The notes under the pieces: generated by a model
What the model saw: only the letters and a program-made list of their open reading frames with translations
Database searches by the model: none
What the model was told of the DNA's origin: nothing
IMG/VR virus record: IMGVR_UViG_3300032298_000540
Coordinates: 1-64,000 of that record
Direction: 5' to 3' (one strand)
Length of the DNA stretch: 64,000 nt
Origin: a virus
Program-made: the position numbers and the translations under genes
Part shown: positions 45,643-55,930 of the stretch, in pieces
Position numbering within the stretch: position 1 is the stretch's first letter
How the letters are laid out: every line of letters starts with the position of its first letter

Positions 45643-46734
45643 ATGGCAGACAAACTTATTGATGCAGCTAGGTTCTATAAAGGACTTAAACAGCAGAATG
45701 ATGCTTTTAATTGGTTAGAAGCAACACTTACTACTGATAAACTAAAGGAATTCTTTATTCGTTATCGGACTGATCCACCTGTTGACAACAGCTATACCAA
45801 CGATTGGGATGGTGTTGTAAAAGCAGCTAAAGTTTCTGGTGCCAAATATCCAGAATTAGTAGCAGCACAGTGGGCAGTAGAATCAAGCTGGGGAAAACAT
45901 GTATCAGGAAAAAACAATTACTTTGGACTTAAAGGATCGGGAACTAATCAATCTACGCAGGAATTTATTAATGGCAACTGGATCACAATTACTGATGGGT
46001 TCCTTGATTTTCCTGACCTACGTACTTGTGTTTCCTATCTCGTTGACCGGTGGTACAAAGACTATAAAGGATACAAAGGTGTCAACAACGCAGCCAATCG
46101 TAATGAAGCAGCCAAACAACTTAAAGAACAAGGCTATGCTACAGACCCTGATTACCCCACAAAACTGATTCAGGTAATGGATCAAAAACTTAGTGTGGCA
46201 GCAGATGACACACCTAGGTTAAATCCTTTGCCTGTTCTTTACATGAGTCAACGGGATAATTACAGAGACGCAGGTAGAACATGTTTTAGTTCTAGTTGTG
46301 CCATGATGTTGAAGTATTTAAAACCAAAATCAATAACAGGTGATAATGATTACATCAAAACTGTTTTTACTTATGGTGATAGTACTGACAGTACAACGCA
46401 ATTAAAAACTTTATTTAAATATGGTATAGAAGCAAGATTTAGTACTAAAGGAACACCTGAGATAATTAAAAAACAAATTGACAGTAATAAACCTGTACCA
46501 GTAGGTTTTTTGCATCATGGTACGGTAACTGCCCCTAGTGGTGGTGGACACTGGCTTTGTATCATTGGGTATAACGAAAGTAGTTACATTGTCCATGATC
46601 CTTGGGGTGACATGGATTTAATTGGTGGACAATATCTGAATACAAACGGCGCAAGACTGAATTACAGCTACAAAAATTTTAACCCTAGATGGCTTGTAGA
46701 TGGGCCGAATTCTGGGTGGTGTATTCTTGCATGA
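45643..46734 (+). CDS. Endolysin: GH73 glucosaminidase plus C39-like peptidase
   Basis: AAQWAVESSWG..NNYFGLKG...GYATDPDY; Y.SQRDN...TCFSSSCAM...GGGHW..IIGY....IVHDPWG. Confidence 0.88.
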   Translation: MADKLIDAARFYKGLKQQNDAFNWLEATLTTDKLKEFFIRYRTDPPVDNSYTNDWDGVVKAAKVSGAKYPELVAAQWAVESSWGKHVSGKNNYFGLKGSGTNQSTQEFINGNWITITDGFLDFPDLRTCVSYLVDRWYKDYKGYKGVNNAANRNEAAKQLKEQGYATDPDYPTKLIQVMDQKLSVAADDTPRLNPLPVLYMSQRDNYRDAGRTCFSSSCAMMLKYLKPKSITGDNDYIKTVFTYGDSTDSTTQLKTLFKYGIEARFSTKGTPEIIKKQIDSNKPVPVGFLHHGTVTAPSGGGHWLCIIGYNESSYIVHDPWGDMDLIGGQYLNTNGARLNYSYKNFNPRWLVDGPNSGWCILA

Positions 46735-46889
46735 AAATAAAACAGAATCCTTGGATAAGGGTCAGTCTTTGTTATCAATTAAATAAAGAACGTAGATGTG
46801 TATGTGTAAACAAAGAAACTGCTTATAAATTAAGAAAAGAAATTGAAGCTCAAAACGGAACTATCTACTGGTTTCAACCGGTTGAATAG
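46731..46889 (+). CDS. Small hypothetical protein
   Basis: ATGA overlap with endolysin stop. Confidence 0.5.
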   Translation: MKIKQNPWIRVSLCYQLNKERRCVCVNKETAYKLRKEIEAQNGTIYWFQPVE

Positions 46890-47295
46890 TTTTTAAATAA
46901 TAAAACAAAAGTTTATCAGGATCAGTGTACCAGTCATTATTTTCACGCTGTTTGAACCAACGAGAATACACCTTAAATTGTTTAAGTTTTTCTTTAGATT
47001 CACATAAGAAGAAAATACAATCACCAGGGGGGAGTTCTTCTGTCCACACACGCAAATGACGGACGGCCATAAGCTGGGGCAACAAACCAGAATTACCCGT
47101 TAAGTTGGTAGCTAACTTTTTAGATCTTTTGTTTTTACGTTTATTTAACCAGTCATTTAATTGACGTTTACTTTTACTTATTCCAAGAGATAATAACCAA
47201 AAAGTTTGATCTTGCAAGCGTCCCCACTTGATAAGTCTAAGCTTAATGTATGTATTTTCAGGTTTAAAGTAAATGGTTTTAACCTTATACTTCAT
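46861..47295 (-). CDS. Hypothetical basic protein
   Basis: 144-aa ORF. Confidence 0.6.
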   Translation of the reverse strand: MKYKVKTIYFKPENTYIKLRLIKWGRLQDQTFWLLSLGISKSKRQLNDWLNKRKNKRSKKLATNLTGNSGLLPQLMAVRHLRVWTEELPPGDCIFFLCESKEKLKQFKVYSRWFKQRENNDWYTDPDKLLFYYLKTIQPVETSR

Positions 47296-48221
47296 GAAGT
47301 TGTAATTAAAGAATCAAAAAGAACAGGTAATGTATCTAAAGGACTCCTTTCGCGTTGCCATGCAGCAAGATATTCAGCACGAGAATGTTCATGAATAGAC
47401 TCAAAATCAAAAGAATCAGAAGGTTCAATTATAAAAGGATCTCCAGATTCTGTTTCAGTAGCTTCAGCAGCAATTAACCAAGACGAATCAAAAGGTATTT
47501 CAACTGTCACACTAAAATTTATTGTTGCAAGAATAACAGTAAAAGCATTAAAAGTAGCAGGAAGAGAATAATTTACTGTGAATGTAGGACCTATGGTAAT
47601 AGTATTATCTGAATCAATAAGTGTTTCTTGAGTTAAAAAACTAACATCTAAATCTTCTAATAACAAAAACATTTCTGTTATTGCTATTTCTATAATAAGT
47701 CCTAGTGTGTAATTAAGTAACTCATTACGAGTAGTTGAAACACACAATAAATAACTACCTACACCTAATGCAAAATAACGATCATCTCCTCTTCCTAAAG
47801 CATTAGGATCAAATGTATTATACAGATCAGATGGTGCCCCCATTGTATGATCAATATAAGGATAGTAAGTTCCATCAGTAACACTTGTTGTGGATACACT
47901 ATCACCTTGAAAAATACCTTGTCCTTCAATCGGATTTTTATTTAGATCATAGGCAGACACTTGAATATAATTAGGACGCGGCCCACCTTTAGTAGTAATT
48001 ATCCAAGCAGGAGACGTCAGATTTATTTGGTACCAGTGATTGTAAGCTCCTCCACCAAAACCGCCATTTGAATATTGATTAGTATCAGCACGGCCAACAA
48101 CAACATTCTTGGGTCCTAATGTACCAGTAAGAACACGCAGTGAAGTTTCATTAAAAGAACCAAGAACTAAAGGATTGTTCTGAGTACGTTGGCGTTGGGA
48201 AACTTGGGATACCCTACTCAT
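47292..48221 (-). CDS. Hypothetical beta-rich protein
   Basis: 309-aa ORF. Confidence 0.7.
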   Translation of the reverse strand: MSRVSQVSQRQRTQNNPLVLGSFNETSLRVLTGTLGPKNVVVGRADTNQYSNGGFGGGAYNHWYQINLTSPAWIITTKGGPRPNYIQVSAYDLNKNPIEGQGIFQGDSVSTTSVTDGTYYPYIDHTMGAPSDLYNTFDPNALGRGDDRYFALGVGSYLLCVSTTRNELLNYTLGLIIEIAITEMFLLLEDLDVSFLTQETLIDSDNTITIGPTFTVNYSLPATFNAFTVILATINFSVTVEIPFDSSWLIAAEATETESGDPFIIEPSDSFDFESIHEHSRAEYLAAWQRERSPLDTLPVLFDSLITTS

Positions 48222-48235
48222 TTATAACTACTGTT

Positions 48236-48916
48236 TTACTCATTGTACTCTGAATTATCAGTTACATCTAGAGGATGAGCAATTGTGGGTTTCATATCTT
48301 TGCGTATAAGAGTTTGAATATTGTTCTGTAGCTTTGTTCGATTGAATAGCATCAACTGTTCAGCTTCAAATTCTGTAGTAAAAGGAAAAATTGCAGCAGG
48401 AGGGCTGCGTCTATTCCAGTTGGAAACCAGATGCAGGGGATTTGCACAGTTCTTGTTCCTGCAAAGGTGTGTGACAAATGTACTACCCACATCTCCCCAT
48501 GCACATTGATAGATGGCTTTATGAAAGGACACGTTTTCAGCTTTCTGTTCGCTATAGAAGGACCGATAGGACGGAAAACAGACTCTTTTGTTACCTCGAT
48601 TGATAGGGGTATCGATGGACCAGCAGCTATCCCACCCACCTATGTCAACCCGTTTCCAGAGTTGCAGGTATTTGACCTTGTACTCCTCATTTATAAAATT
48701 AATGTTAAATCCACAGTTGTTTGAAAGGATCTTTTCGACGCAGTGATAGCAGAAATGGGTCTCAATATCCCGAATAACGTGGTTGTGAGGGCAGGAAAAG
48801 CCTCGATAATAACCATTTTCCTTTAGGTTTTCTTTATCTTTGCTGTCAATGTTGGGGACGTAGCGAAAGGGAATTGTATCCGTTGATACCTTTTGTTCTT
48901 CAGATGGGCTCGTCAT
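48236..48916 (-). CDS. His-Me/HNH-type endonuclease-like protein
   Basis: CPHNH...CYHC, DSCW, HKAIY..AWG...VTHLC.NKNCANPLHL. Confidence 0.75.
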   Translation of the reverse strand: MTSPSEEQKVSTDTIPFRYVPNIDSKDKENLKENGYYRGFSCPHNHVIRDIETHFCYHCVEKILSNNCGFNINFINEEYKVKYLQLWKRVDIGGWDSCWSIDTPINRGNKRVCFPSYRSFYSEQKAENVSFHKAIYQCAWGDVGSTFVTHLCRNKNCANPLHLVSNWNRRSPPAAIFPFTTEFEAEQLMLFNRTKLQNNIQTLIRKDMKPTIAHPLDVTDNSEYNE

Positions 48917-49271
48917 TGGCTTGCTCCTGTGTGTTTTTGGATTTGTTCTTACGTGCAGAAGGTGGACGAACGTGTCGTACCAAGTCTTTTCGGTTGTCCT
49001 TGTCTATGTTATCAGGCAAATGAAGTACATCTGCATTACCAGGATCCTGTCCTGTACGTAAAAAGTACACCAATCTGTGGCCATGGAACTGTTCACCTGA
49101 CATGCGTACCAGGTAGTAGCGCCCTGGGAGAGTCCAGCGCCCTGCCATATCCCCAGTCCTGTGATAGTAAGCGTTCTCAACCCACTCAAGACCACTGGGA
49201 TACCGATCAGAAAGCTTTAGTTTTTCTTTTACGTACCAGATGGGAAACATTCTGGTGTAGGCACGAGCCAT
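48900..49271 (-). CDS. HNH_3-like endonuclease, possibly degenerate
   Basis: SGLEW...G.MAG...YY.VR...HRLVYFL.TG.DP...V.H...DN. Confidence 0.65.
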   Translation of the reverse strand: MARAYTRMFPIWYVKEKLKLSDRYPSGLEWVENAYYHRTGDMAGRWTLPGRYYLVRMSGEQFHGHRLVYFLRTGQDPGNADVLHLPDNIDKDNRKDLVRHVRPPSARKNKSKNTQEQANDEPI

Positions 49272-49298
49272 GGAAAAATCGTCTTAGCGGTCAAAGTG

Positions 49299-49472
49299 AG
49301 GGCGTCATTTCCGACTATACCCCTATTTATATCTTTATATAGAGTAAATGACACTTTTGGTTTGAACCCCCTTTTCTTCTAGTACTTCTGTACTCCCTCC
49401 TTTTCTGCCTTCAAAAGTGTCATTTGCCTTATGTAAAGTATAGATGGGGGGTAAAGTCGGAAAGTCCGCCCT
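49299..49472. repeat. About 61-bp imperfect inverted repeat, origin-of-replication candidate
   Basis: Arms 49299-49359 and 49412-49472 share AGGGCG, TTTCCGACT.TACCCC and AAATGACACTTTTG; 52-nt pyrimidine-rich spacer. Confidence 0.75.
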
Positions 49473-49492
49473 ACCTCTCTTCCCTACCCCAT

Positions 49493-49520
49493 AAAAAAGC
49501 CCCTACCTGAAGTAGAGGCC
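49493..49520 (-). terminator. Terminator after glycosyltransferase
   Basis: Minus strand GCCTCTAC-TTCAG-GTAGGGGC-TTTTTT. Confidence 0.6.
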
Positions 49521-49546
49521 CTCGTGGTTATTGATCCCGATCTAAC

Positions 49547-50803
49547 CTAAGTGGCAGTCATGAGCTCGCAGACGCCAGGCTTTGCCTGTTCCTCTACTAC
49601 TTCAACAGAAGCTTCGGTAGGTGCCTCTAGAACCTCTTCAAACTCCTCTTTGAACTGGTTTGCTACTGTGTCCCAGTCAAACTCTTTGCTTGTTGCCCGC
49701 TCATAACAAAGGTCTGCTACAGAAGCCAACCTTTCCCTGTCCTCATACAACTCATTCAGCAGCTCAGTTAGATGCTCTGAACTAGGACATGGCATCTCCC
49801 TCCCATAATTCGTATCTACATCCACGTGATCACATCTGATCAGTGGTGCATAACCCTCAAACAATTCCTTACACGAAGTATGGTCTGGCACAATCTGTGC
49901 TACGCGACAGGCAGCATGTTCAAAATTAACCAGCCCAAACCCTTCCCCCTTACAGGTATTAACACCTACATCAACAGCATTATAAATACTATTCAAAAAC
50001 TCAACAGGTACATTAGGTGGATGTGGGCTATTACCTGTAAAAATAATCCTGTTATTAGGATCCAACCCCCTCTTATTCATCTCTCTGGCAAACAAAGGCA
50101 TTAGATCCCACCCTTGATCTTTCATTCCCATATGCAGATACAACCGAGCATCTGGCTTATCTACAGCGAAGTCAGCAAAAGCGGATATCGTAATATCTTG
50201 CCTCTTCCTAAACTGATTCCTGTTCCCATTAAACACAATAAAATGCTCATCAGGTAGTCCCAGCTTCTTACGTGCGGCTGCCTTATCCTCTGGATAGAAC
50301 TGACCCTTTGTCACCCCATGGGGAATAACTGTAATAGGTCTACGTATCCCACCTCTGATTGCCTCATTAGCACCAAATTCCGTATAACAAACACAACCGT
50401 CCCAATCATTAGCTGTTTCACCTAGTGATCCGTACCAACCATACGAATCCATTGGGAAATACCCAACAAACTTAAACTGCCCAGCCTTATGTAAATCAGC
50501 AATCTGTCGATACTGCTCATTGATAATCCAAATATCATTAATAGTAAACACAAGATCAGGCTTTTCCCTCTCTACAATTTCTCTAAACCGTTGTACACCA
50601 AAGGGTTCAGTCTGATTTCTGTTGCTTGAAGGATAGATCTTATACTTCTCCTGCAAGGGGTGTGGGTCACCCCAATAGTTATTACCTAAAACAATAACCT
50701 CATAATCATCGCAAATACGTTCAAGGATATTTTCGGTTACCCTTGCAAAACCAGTCATGGCAATAATGTCACCAGACCAAAGTAACTTTGGCTTCTTAGT
50801 CAT
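49547..50803 (-). CDS. GT-B (GT4-like) glycosyltransferase
   Basis: TGFARVT, NRNQFRKR.D, YNAVDVG.NT..GEGFGL..FEHAAC. Confidence 0.9.
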   Translation of the reverse strand: MTKKPKLLWSGDIIAMTGFARVTENILERICDDYEVIVLGNNYWGDPHPLQEKYKIYPSSNRNQTEPFGVQRFREIVEREKPDLVFTINDIWIINEQYRQIADLHKAGQFKFVGYFPMDSYGWYGSLGETANDWDGCVCYTEFGANEAIRGGIRRPITVIPHGVTKGQFYPEDKAAARKKLGLPDEHFIVFNGNRNQFRKRQDITISAFADFAVDKPDARLYLHMGMKDQGWDLMPLFAREMNKRGLDPNNRIIFTGNSPHPPNVPVEFLNSIYNAVDVGVNTCKGEGFGLVNFEHAACRVAQIVPDHTSCKELFEGYAPLIRCDHVDVDTNYGREMPCPSSEHLTELLNELYEDRERLASVADLCYERATSKEFDWDTVANQFKEEFEEVLEAPTEASVEVVEEQAKPGVCELMTAT

Positions 50804-50834
50804 GTTCTATCAGAAACTTTACACAGTATAAACA

Positions 50835-51194
50835 CTAATCTTGTTCAGTTGAACATGATGTTCTAACCAATTCTTTTTTGTTAATTGTTGTCGCCTTACA
50901 TTCTTTAATCAAGAAATCAGCAGCCTTCTCTGTATTCGTCGTATCTCCACAGGTATATAAGTCGATAGCTGCATAACCTAACTCAGGCCAAGTATGAATA
51001 CTAGAATGTGACTCAGACAACAAGGCCAACAAAGTAACGCCCTGCGGCTGGAACTTCTCGCCAATGATATGTAGTACATTAGCACCAGCAAGGTACATAG
51101 CTTTCTCCATTAGCTCAGTCAACAATCCGTAATCGTCTAGCACCAAGGGGTCACACCCATCTAGGTCAAGAATTAAGTGTCGTCCTTTTGTCAT
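50835..51194 (-). CDS. speD: S-adenosylmethionine decarboxylase proenzyme
   Basis: GRHLILDL, F.PQGVT..LLSESH.SIHTWPE.GYAAIDLYTCG. Confidence 0.95.
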   Translation of the reverse strand: MTKGRHLILDLDGCDPLVLDDYGLLTELMEKAMYLAGANVLHIIGEKFQPQGVTLLALLSESHSSIHTWPELGYAAIDLYTCGDTTNTEKAADFLIKECKATTINKKELVRTSCSTEQD

Positions 51195-53854
51195 TCGTCT
51201 GATTCTTTCCCTTCTATTCTCTCATTGTTTTCTTGACAATCCAATGTATCTCCATAGTATTCCTTAAATTTTTCTTTATCTGCAGATACTTCCATTAACG
51301 AAGGATGCTTTCTATTCTCGTCACTATTTCTGATTGCAATATTAAATACCTTCATTCCTTTTGATGTTCTCTTGTGATAAATATTAAGCTTCAACTGATG
51401 TTGACACGTATCAAAAAACAAGGGTTCAAATCTATTCCTTGACATGATATTCACATTAGATCTCTTACAGAATTCACAGTAACTTGCATACAACCATTTA
51501 TCCCACATGAGGTATGGCATGTTATGTCCTTCTGGTTTTGCAAAGCCAACAGGACACATCTCCCCTGGTGCAAAATAAAGAGTGTGCTCCATCCAATCCA
51601 ACAAAGGACTAGACCTTAAGCTTTGAGTCTTAGCGTAAGTCTTAAGGAATTGTACCTTATCGCCAGTGTTCATAATGTAAGCTCTCATATCTTCTGTGCT
51701 CATATCCAATAACCAATTAACCAACCCTGGCAAGAGAGCAGCAAACTCACCTTGTGGATTACCTTCTGAATCAAATTTAATTAGTTCTCTCTGTGCAGTG
51801 TGACTACCATCAAATGGTCTATCGAATGGAATTGTTAAACGACGACGAGCTAACCCTGATGTATAGTCCGTAGATTGAATTGCTTCGTTAGCGGTAATCA
51901 TTACAAGACCATGAAACTGAAATGGTTCTGGATTCTCTGATTGATATTTACGTTCTATACGAATCCAGTCACCACCCGTCAGTGCTTTCAACTTAGATAC
52001 TGAACCACCCCATCTATCCATATCTTGGAACAACACCAGCTTTTTACCCATCAAGCTAGTACTTTCAAAACGGTTAGTCTCTAACTGATTAAAATCTGTA
52101 CTATGTACATTATTTTTACCTACTAGGGCTACAGCAAGGTTGGCGTAAGTACTCTTGCCACTTTTACCGGGGCCAATAATCTCAATAAATTTTTGCATGT
52201 CATAACAACTTAACAAGGTTGCTCGTAACCAAGCCCTAAGAACTTGCACCCGACCCCAGTTATCACGTTGTGTATATTTCAACCATGTAATAATGTCTTC
52301 ACAATTAGCTTCTGAATTGTAGTCATAAGGCATATGTTGCGTAAGGTATAGATTTTTATTGAAAGGTAAAAGTTTCTTTGCTTCTACATCTAATACACCA
52401 TTGTTAAACAACAAGTACTTGTTATTGTCATACCACTTATCAAAAAGAAGAGATATCTGTAATTGAGAAAATATATCATTAACTAAATTGATACTAAAAC
52501 CTTTTGGCACCAGGGACTCACCCATCTTTTGTATTCTGTTTCTTATGTCTCCCTTTACATTTTCTGTGGGCATCCAAGACCACAAACCCTGGTTATGTAA
52601 TTCATAACAGAAAAACTTATTCTGGACTCTATTGAATAACAACCTCCCCTTATAATCTTGCATCAATACATCAGCAATAACACTAGCCGGGGCATTACGT
52701 ATCTTATCTTTCTTTCCTTTCTCTTGTAATTCCTTTTCTTCTATCAAAGGTAATGTGTTGCGTGTATCAACCAGTTCCACTGGGGCAATCAAAGCAGTAG
52801 TACCATTCATCTGAGGGGTAGGATCAGGGGGATAATTAAAAGTAGTTTCTTGTTCTAAAGCCAAGTTGTTTAATAAGAGAGCTGTTTGTTCTACTAGTGC
52901 ATCATCCGCAGGTAGTATCTTGTGATCTTGCGGTGGATGCCAACCATAATCTTTTGCTACATAGATAATGCTTCCCACACCTCGCCCACCTTCTTTACTG
53001 AAAGACTTCCATCTTTTATGGCATTCACCCTCTTTATATTTATCACTCAACCTTGACCAGTTATCCCAATGCTCCAGTAATGATTCATCTAATGAATGTA
53101 GACTTTGCCCTATAGTTATCCAGATATCGTGATCATCAGCAGCCTCTGGTGGACAGGCATACATACCTTCGAGTGCTAACTTGATATCTCTTTCAAGAGA
53201 AATTGTTGTATTAATAGCAAACCCCGGACCAACAAAACGACTGTGCTCTGCTGCAGGCTTGCCCTGCCTAACATTTTTATTTATGATCCCATTCAATAAC
53301 CAAGCAGGAAGCAATGGTAATTTATGTGCCCATTCAAATCCTTCCCCTTCCGCCGTAAAATAGCCATCGGTCTCTGGATGTAAACCCATCAATGCCCCTT
53401 GGTGTTTTTCCCAAAGGACTTCTAGTTGTTCACGGTTAGCTTCTGCATGCCAAACATATTTATTGCGTGTGAAATGTTGCCAGTCTTTACGCTCTAACTT
53501 ATATAGCTTGCGGAACCTCCCTTCTTTCCCACTCTTAATAGTAAGCGTTTTAGGTAAAGCTTCTTCTAATGAGCAACCAGCAGTATCAACAATAAGTTTG
53601 GCAACACTGGGACCATCAGCATCCACCCATACTAAACCGTAGGGATTATTAAAAGCAGGGCCTGACATCAGACCGATTGCTTTACAATGCCCTTCTACCA
53701 ATTCTGTTTCGATTTCACTGACACCGAATGGTTTGTTTTGCCAACCGGCTTTATAAGGATTTTTTCTTTCTCCTAAAGGAGTTAAGGGCCAATCAAGTGG
53801 AATAAGATCAAGCCTTATCTCACCAGGTGCCAGGGAGGTTTTTTGTCCTTTCAT
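51191..53854 (-). CDS. Primase-polymerase / PriCT-2 / D5-like SF3 helicase
   Basis: N-terminal Prim-Pol (VDADG, G.HP.T..Y), WI.IGQSLH...W..WS..S.KY..GEC..RW.SF, Walker A GPGKSGKST, RRR..IPF. Confidence 0.92.
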   Translation of the reverse strand: MKGQKTSLAPGEIRLDLIPLDWPLTPLGERKNPYKAGWQNKPFGVSEIETELVEGHCKAIGLMSGPAFNNPYGLVWVDADGPSVAKLIVDTAGCSLEEALPKTLTIKSGKEGRFRKLYKLERKDWQHFTRNKYVWHAEANREQLEVLWEKHQGALMGLHPETDGYFTAEGEGFEWAHKLPLLPAWLLNGIINKNVRQGKPAAEHSRFVGPGFAINTTISLERDIKLALEGMYACPPEAADDHDIWITIGQSLHSLDESLLEHWDNWSRLSDKYKEGECHKRWKSFSKEGGRGVGSIIYVAKDYGWHPPQDHKILPADDALVEQTALLLNNLALEQETTFNYPPDPTPQMNGTTALIAPVELVDTRNTLPLIEEKELQEKGKKDKIRNAPASVIADVLMQDYKGRLLFNRVQNKFFCYELHNQGLWSWMPTENVKGDIRNRIQKMGESLVPKGFSINLVNDIFSQLQISLLFDKWYDNNKYLLFNNGVLDVEAKKLLPFNKNLYLTQHMPYDYNSEANCEDIITWLKYTQRDNWGRVQVLRAWLRATLLSCYDMQKFIEIIGPGKSGKSTYANLAVALVGKNNVHSTDFNQLETNRFESTSLMGKKLVLFQDMDRWGGSVSKLKALTGGDWIRIERKYQSENPEPFQFHGLVMITANEAIQSTDYTSGLARRRLTIPFDRPFDGSHTAQRELIKFDSEGNPQGEFAALLPGLVNWLLDMSTEDMRAYIMNTGDKVQFLKTYAKTQSLRSSPLLDWMEHTLYFAPGEMCPVGFAKPEGHNMPYLMWDKWLYASYCEFCKRSNVNIMSRNRFEPLFFDTCQHQLKLNIYHKRTSKGMKVFNIAIRNSDENRKHPSLMEVSADKEKFKEYYGDTLDCQENNERIEGKESDE

Positions 53855-54042
53855 TTTGCTGTTGCTTCTTCTTCTAGTGTATATGTAAAAGGTTGCTGAG
53901 AAAAATTAGATTCTTTTACAAGGAGAAAGGCATGAACGTGTTGGGACGACGGGAGGCGAAAACAAGTTGGTATGTCAGTGTTTCCTGACATCTGTTCCAC
54001 TAAGGTCTTCATCCACTGTCCTGTGCTGACGTAAATGTCCAT
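53851..54042 (-). CDS. Hypothetical protein
   Basis: 63 aa coupled to primase. Confidence 0.55.
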   Translation of the reverse strand: MDIYVSTGQWMKTLVEQMSGNTDIPTCFRLPSSQHVHAFLLVKESNFSQQPFTYTLEEEATAK

Positions 54043-54103
54043 CCCCTTGTGGCAACATCTACCATCCTACCGCCACTGATGTGACCCAATCTCTAAGGAA
54101 TCT

Positions 54104-54904
54104 TTAAATTAGATCAGGATCATGCATCACCTGATTCTCCATCTGTTGATAGTATTCCTCTACAATCTTGAACCAATCTTCCCTTAAGCTATCCAAAAAC
54201 CTCCTGGATATTTTAAAAACTTGTGTCCTGATAGGAGTTGAAACAAGGATGGCTGCCTGCTGGACCTTCATCCCAAGAGTCTGTTCGATACCTAAGTCGT
54301 ATGCAGCTAGTTGTTTTAAAGTCTTTTTAAATTTCATGTGACCTCCCAGTAGATCACGCCATTCAGCCGAACCTTTCTCTAGATCTTTAGGCCAATTTCT
54401 TGAATAAGGTTTAACACTAGTCTTGAGATCAGCTAATGTTAACTTGTTGTTAACCACCCCAATAAGGTCAGGTGATCCAGCCCAAGCTCTATCTTCATGG
54501 TCCTTACCCCATACTCTGCCTACCCCATCTTCTGACAAAGCAAATTGATGTTTATCTAGTAGGGGTGTCTCAGCCCAAAGTATCTCATCAAACTGATCTA
54601 ATATCTTTGGCATCCCTTCCCAGTAAGGTTGGTAATCCTCGGGTATTTCAACTGGAACCTTCTTACAGTAATTCTCCATACAACTATGTATAAAGGTACC
54701 TCTCTCCGCAGCAGCTTCTTTTACACCAGGATTATTCTTAGACCACATCTCCAGTTTTTTCTTGTTGGCTTCTGATGCAGTCTCCGAAAGAATTGTGGTT
54801 ACTGAAGGTGCAGGCCCCGTATAGAACGGTGTATTGTAATGGCGTTTACCATTAATTGTGACCCTGGAAGGTAGCTGATTTAATTCTGCGTAATCAACAG
54901 ACAT
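54104..54904 (-). CDS. PD-(D/E)XK exonuclease
   Basis: PSVTTIL, AAERGT.IH, AGSPD......ADLKTS, QLAAY. Confidence 0.88.
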   Translation of the reverse strand: MSVDYAELNQLPSRVTINGKRHYNTPFYTGPAPSVTTILSETASEANKKKLEMWSKNNPGVKEAAAERGTFIHSCMENYCKKVPVEIPEDYQPYWEGMPKILDQFDEILWAETPLLDKHQFALSEDGVGRVWGKDHEDRAWAGSPDLIGVVNNKLTLADLKTSVKPYSRNWPKDLEKGSAEWRDLLGGHMKFKKTLKQLAAYDLGIEQTLGMKVQQAAILVSTPIRTQVFKISRRFLDSLREDWFKIVEEYYQQMENQVMHDPDLI

Positions 54905-55052
54905 TACAAGGTTTTAACTTATCTTAAATATAGTCTATCTCAGAATTTAATACGATCCTACCTATTCTCTTAATATTTTCTTTATTGTTGTTACCTCTTC
55001 TTTTCTTCCGTTATACTTGATCTAAACCCCCTACTCTTATGTGTCCCTCATT

Positions 55053-55199
55053 ATGAGCTGTAATATTTCTCGCTTCTACATCTGTACGGACAAGGAAGAG
55101 TCGGATGGATACGTCACAGATATTTTGACTGATGAAGCTGATGAATACGAAGTAACTCTTATTGCTAAGGACGCAGATTACCTACGTATAGACCTATGA
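55053..55199 (+). CDS. Small acidic protein (48 aa)
   Basis: ATGA-coupled to the next gene. Confidence 0.45.
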   Translation: MSCNISRFYICTDKEESDGYVTDILTDEADEYEVTLIAKDADYLRIDL

Positions 55200-55930
55200 A
55201 AAAACTTGACTTGATCGCTGTCCCCATCCTGGTAGACGGCGACAAACTCATACGTCATTTTGAAACAATTGATGTACCCCTTAAACGGTATTTCATCCTA
55301 GATAACTCCATGGGCAAAGACCCTTCCGTGGGTGAAGCCATAAAACATATCATCAACTGGAAGCCAGCACACATTGATAAAGTTGTTGTCTGTTCCCTGC
55401 CACAAAACGTAGGCTTCCCTGGGGCAGTAAACCTAATAGTCCGTCAGAATACTGACTGCAACCACTGGATTATTACAGGATTTGATTGGTGGGTAGCCCC
55501 TAGTGAATGGCAGAAAGTCCTTAGTAAAATCGATCTGCTCCCCTTTGGTGCAACCCTTGGCACTGGAAACGATGAGATGTGTGGTCTCGTATTAACTCCT
55601 ACGCTTTTAGATCGTGTGGGTTGCTTTGATGAAAACTTTTTCCCCGGTTACTTTGAAGACAACGACTATCGCTACCGTCTTAAGCTAACCAATACCAAGA
55701 TTACATCCATCCCCCTTACTAATGAACACCAGACGAGCAGCACTTTAAAAAGTTCTACTATCTTCCAACAAAAAAACAACTTTACATTCCAAGAAAATTA
55801 CAACTATTATATAAAGAAATGGGGAGGACCTCCCAACAAGGAAACCTATGTTACGCCTTTTAACAAAAACTATCCAGTCGATTACTGGAAATATGATCCA
55901 ACCCGAACGCAACGACTTAGGTGGATCTGA
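55196..55930 (+). CDS. GT-A (GT2-like) glycosyltransferase
   Basis: ILDNS, N.GF.GA.N, VG.FDENFFPGYFEDNDY..R, KKWGG. Confidence 0.85.
   Translation: MKKLDLIAVPILVDGDKLIRHFETIDVPLKRYFILDNSMGKDPSVGEAIKHIINWKPAHIDKVVVCSLPQNVGFPGAVNLIVRQNTDCNHWIITGFDWWVAPSEWQKVLSKIDLLPFGATLGTGNDEMCGLVLTPTLLDRVGCFDENFFPGYFEDNDYRYRLKLTNTKITSIPLTNEHQTSSTLKSSTIFQQKNNFTFQENYNYYIKKWGGPPNKETYVTPFNKNYPVDYWKYDPTRTQRLRWI

Noticed and set aside
54104-54904. Cas4 as a sign of a CRISPR system
   Set aside because: Lacks the four-Cys Fe-S motif; best read as a stand-alone phage PD-(D/E)XK exonuclease beside the primase.
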